Numbered from the stretch's first letter, positions 36,501 to 45,120 are shown. The stretch is 64,000 nucleotides of DNA from Planctomycetota bacterium (GCA_022072415.1 JAJVHW010000002.1:591-64590); one strand, 5' to 3'. Numbers and translations are program-made. The notes: generated by a model not told the origin, from the sequence alone.

Positions 36501-38204
36501 TCGCTCGACGGCTTCGTCTTCGGCGACCCGCCGACGATGGCGGTCCTCGTCTCGCAGCCGTTCGCGCCGAACATCACAGTGACCGGCCCCCCGCAGGGGA
36601 ACGAGGGCGACTTCATGCGCTACGTCGCGTCGCTCTCCAACGCGGGCGACGTGCCCGGCGCGTCGTGCCGCGTCACGCTGACGATCCCCAAGGGGATGCG
36701 CATGGCCGACGCCCCCGGCGACGCGTTCGTCGGCGGCGCGGCGCTCTACGACCACGATGGCAACGAGGTGCAGGTGCTCCCCGTGGACCCGTCGGCGAAG
36801 AGCGTGACGTTCTCGATTCCGTTGGCCCGCGCGGGAAGCGTGGGAACCGCGGTGCTCGTGGCGCAGGTCGTGAAGCGGCAGCCGAGCGTGATCGTGCCGT
36901 GCACGGGCACGTTCACGGGCACCACCGCGAACGGGAAGTCCGGCGGGAAGCAGGTCACCGCGGAGTACGCGACCTCCACCGAGGTGCTCGGCCAGGCCGA
37001 ACTCGTCCTCTTCCGCACCGCCCCGGTCGCGGCCTCGAAGCGGCTCGAGTTCGGCTACATCCTGGGCGTGTGCAACACGAGTCCGGTGGACGCCGAGGAC
37101 GTGACCGCCTACTTCGAGGCGCCGTCGGGCGTGAATCTCGCCGGCGTGCCCGTCCCGCTCGAGGATACGGCGCGCGTCCGCGGCCGGAAGATCACGTGGG
37201 ACCTCGGCACCGTCCCCGCGCACTCGTCGCGCATCCTCCGGGTGCAGGTGGAGATGGACGACGAGCCGCCCGGCGTGGCGATCGTGGAGACGTCGTTCCG
37301 CGCGGAGTCCTCGAACGCGATCGTCCGGCTCCCGGACCCGACCGCCACGATCGCGCTCACCCCGAGCCGGCGGTTCGAGACGTTCCGCTGGCCCGCGCTC
37401 TCGGCGATCCTGAACGCACGCGGGATGAAGCTCGAGGCGTCGCGGCTGTCGGCGCTCGACAACGCGGTGCAGACCGTAAACTCCTCGGGGTTCAACGCGA
37501 GCGTCGCCGGCGGCATCGCGACGCTGAACGGCGGGACGTTCATGCTCCCGCTCGGGGGCGGGAACATCGTCGCGGCGGGCGGCGGGAACATCGTGGCCGC
37601 GGGAGGCGGAAACATCGTCGCTGCGGGCGGTGGGAACATCGTGGCGGCCGGCGGAGGAAACCTCATCACGTTCAGCGTGTCGGGGTTCGGAACGCTGGAC
37701 GCCTCCCAGCTCCTGTCGCAGATGCCCTCCATCGTGGCCGCAGGCGGCGGGAACATCGTCGCCGCGGGCGGCGGAAACCTGGTCGGCCTGGACGGCGCAA
37801 GCCTCGTCGGCCTCGACGGCGCGTCCATCCTCGCGAACCTGAGTCCGCTCGTCACATCGAACATCGTGGCGGCCGGAGGCGGGAACATCGTCGCGGCCGG
37901 CGGAGGGAACATCGTCGCCGCGGGCGGCGGGAACATCGTCGCGGCCGGCGGGGGCAACATCGTCGCGGCGGGCGGCCTCAACCTGCTCCCGAGCCCCGGG
38001 GCGTCCATCGTGGCCGCAGGCGGCGGGAACATCGTCGCGGCAGGCGGCGGGAACATCGTCGCCGCGGGCGGAGGGAACATCGTCGCGGCCGGCGGAGGCA
38101 ACATCGTGGCGGCCGGCGGGGGGAACATCGTCGCGGCGGGCGGCCTGAACAAGACGCTCCACGCCGTGAAGATCCGTGCGAAGGGGTTGCCCGCGGAGCG
38201 GTGA
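33594..38204 (+). CDS. giant secreted/surface protein (1536 aa): FG-GAP/VCBS-like repeats, DUF11/CARDB-like Ig modules, C-terminal octapeptide array
   Basis: TTG 33594 lies 4 nt after GGAGGA. Signal-like segment is VFLLALCTGLVSAAA. DxDxDGDxD motifs (ADFDSDGDTDLL, GDLDGDTDPDVA, ADYDGDGDLDVI) are present. Repeated modules of type G..L.Y.L...N.G are present. See repeat 37554..38150. Confidence 0.85.
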   Translation: MSPNRIRRTVFLLALCTGLVSAAADDPLTSFLAPAGTTGTADPVALAAADFDSDGDTDLLFADGTVGLVKIRRNEGDGVTYATTGFTVTGATVLDAAVGDLDGDTDPDVALATSAGTLIALNQGLSGASINFTQGTPTLPAANAFPTRIALADYDGDGDLDVITVGAYDDMVFPAGGYVGVQLNASGAVGAGTIEPRVSQPDGVAAGDLNGDGRAEIVYVDDLGTAGSSQQWLVRNPGTGSIDLTNGQQDPLTAAVNGRDCVIADITGDARPDLVVGGWGDYSMGQNIGAFTLLRNVDDGGGAFHLTYEIQIIHTFPAGTFAGPLDYPVAVADMNGAGGPEIVTISPLEDVVKVFHFTVASDAGGFIGITPGQIVAFAAGDAPEFLAVAQLNAGADSKPDVAVAIPGQPAGILLNSTSGGGGGEPLRGALSLAAKAKAVKGDYSSTGKWKFTCVQPENGDGLAVRVQSTTTPGVEGSWTDLPGAPPMTRGKNGKYSLTTFQVPVGLQYFRTVTSMPGRPDGINLTPDGLDRYIGPFNVVSGAPSLLLTAEIIPFGDPVNRTKTFPGDLIAFNFTVRNTSDFSLAREVEVLARLPRQTTLVGVIPENIATLINNGTKVRWTVGDLGPGEEQDLGFGVIVDPDASGAIRFDNMSASGANTVNNQRDPPGAVELELGSPLAMTLAARTTSPRVGGALSYDLTATNVGSSTYTNAVVVDSLPKGTAFDLAYFSDENGDPVASPVAGPGGRLNPHVDRAARKVYWYLGDLDGGEVVRMRLDVNVQYDVMPGSELNNFAWQLRAVPPGATGDPLNFDRLPADSGSPSDVVTVTSDLAPPSEPVLRLSQFAVVPNRPGSRFDRAYGAVTTVVAGGRVTHTFIVQNTGGADAEEVILSGNLASQTTYSADDGVRVTNLSTFDVGMAQVEVTSGGTLTARLGPVPAGSAYAVQYVANVSPSAKAGTTLAFSGFNLKTDSLDGFVFGDPPTMAVLVSQPFAPNITVTGPPQGNEGDFMRYVASLSNAGDVPGASCRVTLTIPKGMRMADAPGDAFVGGAALYDHDGNEVQVLPVDPSAKSVTFSIPLARAGSVGTAVLVAQVVKRQPSVIVPCTGTFTGTTANGKSGGKQVTAEYATSTEVLGQAELVLFRTAPVAASKRLEFGYILGVCNTSPVDAEDVTAYFEAPSGVNLAGVPVPLEDTARVRGRKITWDLGTVPAHSSRILRVQVEMDDEPPGVAIVETSFRAESSNAIVRLPDPTATIALTPSRRFETFRWPALSAILNARGMKLEASRLSALDNAVQTVNSSGFNASVAGGIATLNGGTFMLPLGGGNIVAAGGGNIVAAGGGNIVAAGGGNIVAAGGGNLITFSVSGFGTLDASQLLSQMPSIVAAGGGNIVAAGGGNLVGLDGASLVGLDGASILANLSPLVTSNIVAAGGGNIVAAGGGNIVAAGGGNIVAAGGGNIVAAGGLNLLPSPGASIVAAGGGNIVAAGGGNIVAAGGGNIVAAGGGNIVAAGGGNIVAAGGLNKTLHAVKIRAKGLPAER
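37554..38150 (+). repeat. coding 24-bp periodic array: 17 (N/S)IVAAGG(G/L) octapeptide units in four blocks
   Basis: Protein units are identical while codons differ, for example GGCGGGAACATCGTCGCGGCG, GGCGGGAACATCGTGGCCGCG, GGCGGAAACATCGTCGCTGCG and GGTGGGAACATCGTGGCGGCC. It also contains two NLVGLDGAS-type variants. Confidence 0.9.
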
Positions 38205-38262
38205 CGAGGACCCCCTCGCGGCGCCGCCCGGGGGGAAGCGGGATGCCGGCGACTTCGTCCGG

Positions 38263-40701
38263 TCAGCGGAAGCGCAGTGCGCGGCGCGCGCGGCCGGTGA
38301 AGCGCCACTCGTCGGTGGACGCGCCGAAGTCGTCGCCGAGCGTCAGTTCGAGCGCGAGAGGGACGAGCGGATAGCCGAGGTCCGAGAAGTCGGGCACGTC
38401 GGCGCCGCGGAGGTCGATGGCGAACCGCCGCGACCTCCGGTCGAGGACGACCCGGCCCCTCGGGCGGCCCTCCAGCGCGCTGCGCGACGACGCCCACTCG
38501 AGCCGGCGCCCGCGGGCGCGCCAGCCGAGGTCGCCCGCGGGGATCGCGACCTCCGCCTCGATCGCGAAGAGCACCGCGCATGCGAAGCGGAGGAGGAACG
38601 GCTCGCGCGCGGGGTCGAAGGTGCGCGTCTCGTCGAAGAGGAAGCGGCCGCGCGCGAGCAGTCGCGCGTCGTTGCTCCCGTTGTCGGCGAAGCCGTGCAG
38701 CAGGCGGAAGCCGAAGGACTTCGTCACGATGTATGCGAGCGGCCCGGCGGGCGCCGAGGGGCCGGCGGCGTTCACCGCCACGACCTGGATCGCCACGACG
38801 GAGCCGACGGCCGCGTCCTGCGGGATGCGCGCACGCTCCTCGCCCGGTCCCGTCCGCGCCACCTCGACGAACGGACCGCCGTCGATCGCCCGCTGCACGA
38901 CGAACGCATCCTCGTCGTCGCTGTTGTCCCGCCAGCGCACGTCGATCCGCGATCCGTCGGTCTCGAGATCGAGCATGTCGGGAGCCTCCGGAGGGCTGGC
39001 CACTCCGCCGGACCCGCCCGCCGCACGCGCGCCGCGGGACCATGTGGACCTGCCTGCCGCGTCGATCGTCTCGACCCAGTACTCGCCGGTCAGACGGGTC
39101 GGCTGGACGTCGGTGTACGCGCCCGTCGAACCGTCGAGCGTCGCGAGCGTCGTGATCGGCGCGCCGCCGTCCTCGAACGAGCGGCGGCGGATCACCTGCT
39201 GCGCCGCGCCAACCGCGGGAGTCCACGCGATCCGTACATCGGGGTTCCGCTCCGGAACGGTCACGACCTCGGCAAGCACGTCCGACGCGACCGCGATGCC
39301 GCGCACGGGGCAGATCCGCGCGGCGAAACCGTCCGTCGATCCGCCGAACGAGAGATCGCCGCCGCCCGCGGCGAAGAGCCCGGGCGACGCGGTTCCTCCG
39401 GCCAGCGCGAGCGAGTCGAGTCCGGCCGGCGCGAGACCGCGCGCATCGTCATCGGATGCGCCGCCGAAGAGCGTCCCGCCCACCAGCGACGTCCCGTCCG
39501 CGGAGAGCCGCGCCAGGAACGCATCGGACGCGCCGCCGCGGTCCGGCTGGAACGCGCCCTCGTTCACCGGGAAGACGTCGGTGAACGGAGCCGGGCGCGT
39601 GACGCCCGCGACCGCGACGTCCCCGCCGATCGTTCCGACCGCGAACGCCTCGTCCGTCCCGGACCCGCCGAGATACGTGAGCCACTGCCTCGCGCCCGTC
39701 GCGTCGAACCGCGCGACGAACGCATCCCCCGCCGCGAGTCCGCGCTGGAAGGCGCCTGCGCTCGTCAGGCCCGACGTGTCGGTGCTCCCGGCCGCGAGGA
39801 CCGTCGCGCCGTCCACGGCGACCGCGCGCACGAAGTCGTATCCGTTGCCGCCGATGCTCCGCACGAAACGGAGCGTCGTCGCTGCGGCGCCGCGCTCGAA
39901 GAGCGCCACGAACCCGTCGGTGTTGTTCCCCCCCGCCGCGCCCGGGCTCGCGCTGCCCATGAAGTTCGACGACGCGGTGATCCCGCCCACGGCCGCGAGT
40001 CCGTCTCCTCCCGCCGCCACCGCGAACGCGCGGTCGTCGCCCGGGCCGGCGAGGAGGGTCACCGTCTCGTTCGCTCCGTCCGCCGAGAGACGCGCATACC
40101 ACGCGTCGAACCCGCCGGCGGCGGGCGGAGTCGCGACGGGCGACACGGTGGGGAAGCCGGTCCCCGCGCGACCTGCGACGTGCACGCGGCCGTCGGCGCC
40201 GGCCGACACTCCGTCGGCCGAGTCCTCCCCCGGACCGCCGAAGCAGTGCGTGCGCTGGAGCACGCCCGAGGACGAGTAGACCGCGACGAACGCGTCGAAG
40301 CTCCCGCCGGCGCCCGTCATCGTGGTGGTCGGGAAGTTCGCGGACGCCGTCTCCCCGGCGAGGAGGACCGAGCCGCCCGGAGCCACCGCGACCCCGAGCC
40401 CGCGGTCGTCGCTCGAGCCGCCGATCCGCGCCGTCCAGAGCACCTCCCCCGCGGGCCCGATCTTCGACAGGAACGCGTCGTCCCCGGAGGAGCCCGCGCC
40501 GCCGAAGCCCGCGCTGCTCGTCGTCCCGGCGACGTAGGTGTTCCCCGCGCCGTCCGACGCGCAACCGTTCGCGCGATCGACGGCGGAGCCGCCGAGGAAT
40601 CCCGAGTGGTTCTCGAGCGGATCGCCCGGCAGGGCATCGCGCGCAGCGGCGACGATCGCGATCGCCGCGAGCGCCTTCAGGCCGATTCGAGCGTCGAACA
40701 T
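38263..40701 (-). CDS. secreted SBBP-repeat beta-propeller protein with FN3-like modules
   Basis: Signal is LKALAAIAIVAAA. Repeated motifs are DAFLSKIGPAGEVLWTARIGGSSDD, DAFVAVYSSSG, DAWYARLSADG, DAFVARFDATGARQWLTYLGGSGTDEA and DAFLARLSADG. The segment RIDVRWRDNSDDEDAFVVQR is FN3-like. Confidence 0.8.
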   Translation of the reverse strand: MFDARIGLKALAAIAIVAAARDALPGDPLENHSGFLGGSAVDRANGCASDGAGNTYVAGTTSSAGFGGAGSSGDDAFLSKIGPAGEVLWTARIGGSSDDRGLGVAVAPGGSVLLAGETASANFPTTTMTGAGGSFDAFVAVYSSSGVLQRTHCFGGPGEDSADGVSAGADGRVHVAGRAGTGFPTVSPVATPPAAGGFDAWYARLSADGANETVTLLAGPGDDRAFAVAAGGDGLAAVGGITASSNFMGSASPGAAGGNNTDGFVALFERGAAATTLRFVRSIGGNGYDFVRAVAVDGATVLAAGSTDTSGLTSAGAFQRGLAAGDAFVARFDATGARQWLTYLGGSGTDEAFAVGTIGGDVAVAGVTRPAPFTDVFPVNEGAFQPDRGGASDAFLARLSADGTSLVGGTLFGGASDDDARGLAPAGLDSLALAGGTASPGLFAAGGGDLSFGGSTDGFAARICPVRGIAVASDVLAEVVTVPERNPDVRIAWTPAVGAAQQVIRRRSFEDGGAPITTLATLDGSTGAYTDVQPTRLTGEYWVETIDAAGRSTWSRGARAAGGSGGVASPPEAPDMLDLETDGSRIDVRWRDNSDDEDAFVVQRAIDGGPFVEVARTGPGEERARIPQDAAVGSVVAIQVVAVNAAGPSAPAGPLAYIVTKSFGFRLLHGFADNGSNDARLLARGRFLFDETRTFDPAREPFLLRFACAVLFAIEAEVAIPAGDLGWRARGRRLEWASSRSALEGRPRGRVVLDRRSRRFAIDLRGADVPDFSDLGYPLVPLALELTLGDDFGASTDEWRFTGRARRALRFR

Positions 40702-40771
40702 GAGGCTCCCGTCCGGCGGGGCACGACACCCGGCCGGACGGGTATGGCATCGCGCCGCCCCCGCTTGGGGC

Positions 40772-41860
40772 TCAGAACCGGAACGTCAGGTCCAGCGTGA
40801 ACCGCCGGTCGATCACGTCCTCGCGGTCGGTGAGCGGCACCTCGTACGCGGCGCCCAGGGTCACGTCCTCGCTGATGAACCAGCGGAAGCCGAGCGCGCC
40901 CGTCATGACGGTGTTGCCCTTCACGTCGTCGGCGCCGAGGTTGGTGTAGTCGAACCCCTCGAAGCCGAGCGGCACCGTCGGGCCGAAGCCCGCGTTGCGG
41001 TCGCCGTCGGACATGTAGTGGAACGCGTTCATCTCGACCAGGGGCGAGAACGTGCACGAGAGCGGGATGTCGAGGTGCATGTGCCAGTGGAGGACGCGGA
41101 CCGCGTCGTCGGAGTCCGTCGGCAGGATGAACCCGGCCGTGCCGATGAAGTTCGCGGGGCCCAGGTCCCGGGCGTACGAGCCGTAGAGGTCGAACAGGTC
41201 GCCCTTCCCCTCGAGCACCTCCTCGTCGCCCGTGGTCAGCTCGTAGCCGAGCCCGAGGGAGAAGATCGCCGGGGCGCTCGCGTCCTCCCACGCCTTCCAC
41301 TTGAACCCCACCGCGAAGTCCGCGAAGCCCTTGTCGTCGCCGACCGTCGCGTCGGGGTCGAGATCGACGTAGCCGTCCTTGTAGGCCGTGAACTGCCACT
41401 CGTCGGAGAGCTTCGCGAAGATCTGGAACGCGTACGCGCGCAGCGTGCCTCCGCCGAGCGCCGACTCCTCCGGGAACCAGTGGTTCACGAACAGCGGACG
41501 CAGCTCGTTCCAGATGAACGGGTGGTGGAACTGGATGTTGGTGACGGGCCGCGCCATGTGGTCGAACGCGTCCGGCGCGCGGCGCTCCTTCCCGAACCAC
41601 TCGCGGAGTCCGCCTCCCTCGGGACGCTGGTACTCCCAGCCGGGCATCCCGCCCGCGCCGCCGGACGCGGCCGGATCGTGCGGGAGGACCGACGTCACCG
41701 CCGCGGCCGCCTCGCCGAGCGCGCGCGGCAGCATCGTGCGCCGCGCGTCCTCCGCTCCGCCGGCCGACGTGCCGTCGGCGAACGCCGGCGCGGACGCCGC
41801 CGCGACCGCGAGAACCGCCGCGGCGCCCTGCCGCAGCCCCGACCTCGATCCATGGCTCAT
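40772..41860 (-). CDS. outer-membrane beta-barrel protein (transporter/MetA-pathway-like)
   Basis: ATG 41860 follows GGGAGG. Signal is AAAVLAVAAASAPAFA. The terminal sequence is FTLDLTFRF. Confidence 0.65.
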   Translation of the reverse strand: MSHGSRSGLRQGAAAVLAVAAASAPAFADGTSAGGAEDARRTMLPRALGEAAAAVTSVLPHDPAASGGAGGMPGWEYQRPEGGGLREWFGKERRAPDAFDHMARPVTNIQFHHPFIWNELRPLFVNHWFPEESALGGGTLRAYAFQIFAKLSDEWQFTAYKDGYVDLDPDATVGDDKGFADFAVGFKWKAWEDASAPAIFSLGLGYELTTGDEEVLEGKGDLFDLYGSYARDLGPANFIGTAGFILPTDSDDAVRVLHWHMHLDIPLSCTFSPLVEMNAFHYMSDGDRNAGFGPTVPLGFEGFDYTNLGADDVKGNTVMTGALGFRWFISEDVTLGAAYEVPLTDREDVIDRRFTLDLTFRF

Positions 41861-42026
41861 GTTCCGATGCCTCCCGGTGCCTGCGCCGACGTCCTGTGCC
41901 TGCGCACACGTCCCGTGCGGCGCGGCGGCAGCATCCCGCGGACGCGGCGCGGGCGCGTGTGACACAGGTCTCCGGGAACCGGCGCCGGTCGCGTCGCTGT
42001 GACCTGAGTCCCACGCCACGGCCGCA

Positions 42027-42070
42027 CGATGCGGGTTTTCCGCATCGTCGATGCGGTTTATCCATCTTTT
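42027..42070 (+). promoter_or_regulatory. attenuator-like pair of mutually exclusive hairpins plus U-rich tract in the purE leader
   Basis: CGATGCGG (42027-42034) pairs with CCGCATCG (42040-42047). The same CCGCAT (42040-42045) pairs with ATGCGG (42051-42056), which is followed by TTTATCCATCTTTT. This is the most AT-rich spot of the neighbourhood. Confidence 0.45.
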
Positions 42071-42133
42071 GGTGAGCTCCACGCGCGGCTACGTTTCCGG
42101 CGCGGCGGAGCCCGCCGCAGAGAGGACCCGGAC

Positions 42134-42637
42134 GTGACCCGGCCCGCGAGCCCGAGCCCCCCCGTCGCCATCCTGTGCGGCTCCCGGTCGGACTGGGAGA
42201 CGCTCCGCCACGCGAAGGCGGCGCTCGACGAGCTCGGCGTCCCTTCCGTGGCGCGGGTCGTCTCCGCCCACCGCACGCCGGACCGGCTCGCGGAGTTCGC
42301 CCGGCGCGCCGAGGACGAGGGGTTCCGCGTCCTCATCGCCGGCGCAGGCGGCGCGGCGCACCTCCCCGGCATGCTCGCGTCGATGACGACGCTCCCCGTC
42401 CTCGGCGTGCCGGTCCGATCCTCGGCCCTCTCCGGAATCGACTCTCTGCTCTCGATCGTGCAGATGCCGCGCGGCATCCCGGTCGGGACGCTTTCCGTCG
42501 GGGAGGCCGGTGCCGCAAACGCCGGCCTCCTCGCAGTCCAGATCCTCGCCCTCGGCGATCCGCTCGTGCGCGAACGGCTGCGCGCCTTCCGCGCCGCGCA
42601 GACCGAGCGCGTCCTCGCGGACGCCGAACTCGCATGA
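42134..42637 (+). CDS. purE: N5-carboxyaminoimidazole ribonucleotide mutase
   Basis: Motifs are [37 protein letters not shown] and [12 protein letters not shown] start is assumed. Confidence 0.9.
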   Translation: MTRPASPSPPVAILCGSRSDWETLRHAKAALDELGVPSVARVVSAHRTPDRLAEFARRAEDEGFRVLIAGAGGAAHLPGMLASMTTLPVLGVPVRSSALSGIDSLLSIVQMPRGIPVGTLSVGEAGAANAGLLAVQILALGDPLVRERLRAFRAAQTERVLADAELA

Positions 42638-43830
42638 TCCGCCCCGCGCACCCTCCCCTTCCTCCCGGCTCCACGATCGGCTTCCTCGGCGGCGGGCAGC
42701 TCGCCGCCATGATGTGCTCCGAGGCGAGACGCCTCGGCCTGCGGACGGCGGTGATCGACCCGGACGCCGACGCACCCGCGGCGCGCTGCGCGGACCGGTT
42801 CGCGCGCGCCGCGCTCGGCGACGCCTCCGCCGTCGAGCGGCTGGCGTCGTCGTGCGACGCGGTGACGATCGACACGGAGCACGTGCCGCCGGAGGCGATG
42901 GCCGCCGCCGCGCGCGTCTGCCGCACGTCGCCGTCGCCGTCGGCCCTCGCGCAGATCCAGGACCGGCTCGAGCAGCGGCGGCTCGTCGGGAGGCTCGGGA
43001 TCGCCCAGCCGCGATTCGTCCCGGTGCACGACGACGCGACGCTCCGCGCGGCCGCGGATGGGCTCCAGTTCCCCGCGGTGCTGAAGGCGCGGCGCGGCGG
43101 ATACGACGGCCGGTCGCAGGCGGTCGCGAACTCCGCGGCCGGCCTCGCGGACGCGTGGCGCGCGCTGGGGCGCGTGCCGTGCATCGCCGAGGAGTTCGTG
43201 CGCTTCGAGCGGGAGGTGTCGCTCGTGATGACCCGGAGCGCGGAGGGGATGTGCGTCCCCTATCCCCTCGCGGAGAACGAGCACCGCAACCACGCGCTCC
43301 GCTTGAGCCGGGTCCCGGCGCGCACCGGTCCGGCGGCGACCGGGGCCGCGACGACAGGGGCCGCCGCCATCGCTGCCGAGGAGATCGCGGAGGCGCTGGA
43401 CTACGCCGGCGTCCTCGCGGTGGAGTTCTTCGTCACGTCCGGAGGGAGCCTGCTCGTCAACGAGATCGCGCCGCGGGTCCACAACAGCGGCCACTGGACG
43501 CTCGGAGGCGCCACCGTGTCGCAGTTCGAGCAGCACGTCCGCGCCGTGGCCGGGTGGCCGCTCGGGCGGCCGGAGATCCTCTTCCCCGCGGCGATGCTCA
43601 ATCTCTACGGCGACCTCTGGTCCGGCGGGCACCCGGACTTCGACGCGGCGCTCGCGGAGCCCGGCGCCCGCATCCATCTCTACGGGAAGCGCCGCGCGGA
43701 GCCGGGGCGGAAGATGGGGCACGTCACCGTGCTCCGCCGCGACCCCGAGGACGCCGTCCGCGCCGCGGAACGCATCGAGGCGGCGCTCCTCGCGGGCGCG
43801 GCCGTCCGCAGCGAGGGCGCCCCGGCTTGA
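42634..43830 (+). CDS. purK: N5-carboxyaminoimidazole ribonucleotide synthase (ATP-grasp)
   Basis: ATGA overlap with purE. Motifs are [44 protein letters not shown] and GRKMGHVT. Confidence 0.9.
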   Translation: MIRPAHPPLPPGSTIGFLGGGQLAAMMCSEARRLGLRTAVIDPDADAPAARCADRFARAALGDASAVERLASSCDAVTIDTEHVPPEAMAAAARVCRTSPSPSALAQIQDRLEQRRLVGRLGIAQPRFVPVHDDATLRAAADGLQFPAVLKARRGGYDGRSQAVANSAAGLADAWRALGRVPCIAEEFVRFEREVSLVMTRSAEGMCVPYPLAENEHRNHALRLSRVPARTGPAATGAATTGAAAIAAEEIAEALDYAGVLAVEFFVTSGGSLLVNEIAPRVHNSGHWTLGGATVSQFEQHVRAVAGWPLGRPEILFPAAMLNLYGDLWSGGHPDFDAALAEPGARIHLYGKRRAEPGRKMGHVTVLRRDPEDAVRAAERIEAALLAGAAVRSEGAPA

Positions 43831-44816
43831 CCGAGCTCCTGCGCCTGTCGGCCGAGAACCTGCTCTCGCCGATGGTGCTGTTCTTCGGACTCGGACTCCT
43901 CGCCGGCCGGCTGAAGTCCGACCTCCACGTCCCCGAGGCCGTCAGCAAGGGGATCTCGCTCTACCTGATGCTGGCGATCGGGTTCAAGGGGGGCGCCGAA
44001 CTGGCCGCGGGTCCAGGAGGCGCGTCCGTCGCCGCGACGCTCGGCGCCGCGGCTGCGCTGAGCTTCGGCCTGCCGGTGGCCGCGTTCGCGATCCTCCGCG
44101 GGACGACGCGGCTCGGCCGCGTGGATGCCGCCGCCGTCGCGGCGCACTACGGATCGGTCAGCGTCGTCACGTTCGTCGCCGCGACCGCGTTCCTCGCGCA
44201 GCTCGGCGTCCCCCACGAAGGCCACCTCGTCGCCACGATGGCGGTGATGGAGACCCCGGCCATCGTCTCCGGCCTCCTCCTCGCACGCCGGGGCGACGGT
44301 CGCGGCTCCGCCGAAGGCGCCCTCCTTCCCCGGGAGACGCTCCGGGAAGTCCTGCTCTCGGGGAGCGTCGTGCTCCTGCTCGGGAGCTTCGCGATCGGCT
44401 GGGCGACCGGCGCGAAGGGCCTGGACACGATGGCGCCCGTGGTCACGACGCCGTTCAAGGGCGTCCTTGCGTTCTTCCTGCTCGACATGGGTGTCCTCGC
44501 CGCGCGGCGCCTCGGAGACTTCCGCGCGGTCGGACCGGGGCTTGCGGCGTTCGGGCTCGTCATGCCCCTGGTCGGAGCGTCCGCCGGCCTCGGATGCGCG
44601 GTCCTGCTCGGACTCTCCGTCGGCGGAGCGACGCTTCTCGCCGTGCTCGCGGCGAGCGCGTCCTACATCGTGATGCCCGCGGCGATGCGCGTCGCGCTCC
44701 CGGAGGCGAACCCGTCGCTCTACCTCACCGTGTCGCTGGGCGTCACTTTCCCGTTCAACCTGCTCGCGGGGATCCCGCTCTACCTGACCGCGGCGCGCGC
44801 GGTCGTCGGGGGCTGA
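43827..44816 (+). CDS. SbtA-family sodium-dependent bicarbonate transport permease (DUF897)
   Basis: The TTG start overlaps the purK stop (TTGA). Motifs are LLSPMVLFFGLGLLAGRLKSDLHVPEAVSKGISLYLMLAIGFKGG and ASASYIVMPAAMRVALPEANPSLY. Confidence 0.75.
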   Translation: MTELLRLSAENLLSPMVLFFGLGLLAGRLKSDLHVPEAVSKGISLYLMLAIGFKGGAELAAGPGGASVAATLGAAAALSFGLPVAAFAILRGTTRLGRVDAAAVAAHYGSVSVVTFVAATAFLAQLGVPHEGHLVATMAVMETPAIVSGLLLARRGDGRGSAEGALLPRETLREVLLSGSVVLLLGSFAIGWATGAKGLDTMAPVVTTPFKGVLAFFLLDMGVLAARRLGDFRAVGPGLAAFGLVMPLVGASAGLGCAVLLGLSVGGATLLAVLAASASYIVMPAAMRVALPEANPSLYLTVSLGVTFPFNLLAGIPLYLTAARAVVGG

Positions 44817-44817
44817 C

Positions 44818-45120
44818 ATGCACAGGAAGAAGCGGATCGAACTGATCGTCGAGGCCGCGGTCGCCGACCGCCTCCTCCGCGCGGCCGAGGAGGCGGGCGC
44901 CACCGGTCACACGATGATCCGCGACGTGGCGGGCAAGGGCCGCCGCGGACTCCGCGACGAGGCGCACGTGAGCGGCGCCTTCCGGAACGTGATGATCGTC
45001 ATCGTGGCGTCGGAGGCGGTCGCGGCGCGGGTCGTGGAGGCGTCGCAGCGCATCCTCGCGCGGCACGCCGGGATCGTGCTCGTCTCGGACGTCGAGGTGC
45101 TGCGCGACGACCACTTCTGA
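44818..45120 (+). CDS. P-II-like signalling protein (SbtB type)
   Basis: 100 aa, beginning 1 nt after the permease stop. RIELIVEA...GATGHTMIRDVAGKG matches the PII fold pattern with a T-loop-like GKGRRG. Confidence 0.7.
   Translation: MHRKKRIELIVEAAVADRLLRAAEEAGATGHTMIRDVAGKGRRGLRDEAHVSGAFRNVMIVIVASEAVAARVVEASQRILARHAGIVLVSDVEVLRDDHF

Noticed and set aside
37554-38150. Regular 24-bp periodicity that could be mistaken for a CRISPR array or minisatellite.
   Set aside because: There are no unique spacers. The period is in frame inside a convincing CDS, and the units differ mainly at synonymous sites.
33005-38374. Giant ORFs of 1789 aa (+) and 1556 aa (33492..38162, minus) overlapping the 33594..38204 gene.
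   Set aside because: Both have arginine/proline-dominated, low-complexity translations. Only the 33486..38204 frame has domain-like, compositionally normal sequence.
37109-39226. Minus-strand ORF containing PPAATMF repeats.
   Set aside because: It is the antisense reading of the IVAAGGGN array and then of intergenic or other-gene DNA. It is not an independent repeat protein.
41900-42026. ZTP, purine or PRPP riboswitch aptamer upstream of purE.
   Set aside because: I could not find the conserved GGGUCGUGACUGGCG / CCGCCUGGGCA (ZTP) or purine-aptamer loop sequences. Only the expression-platform-like hairpins are reported.
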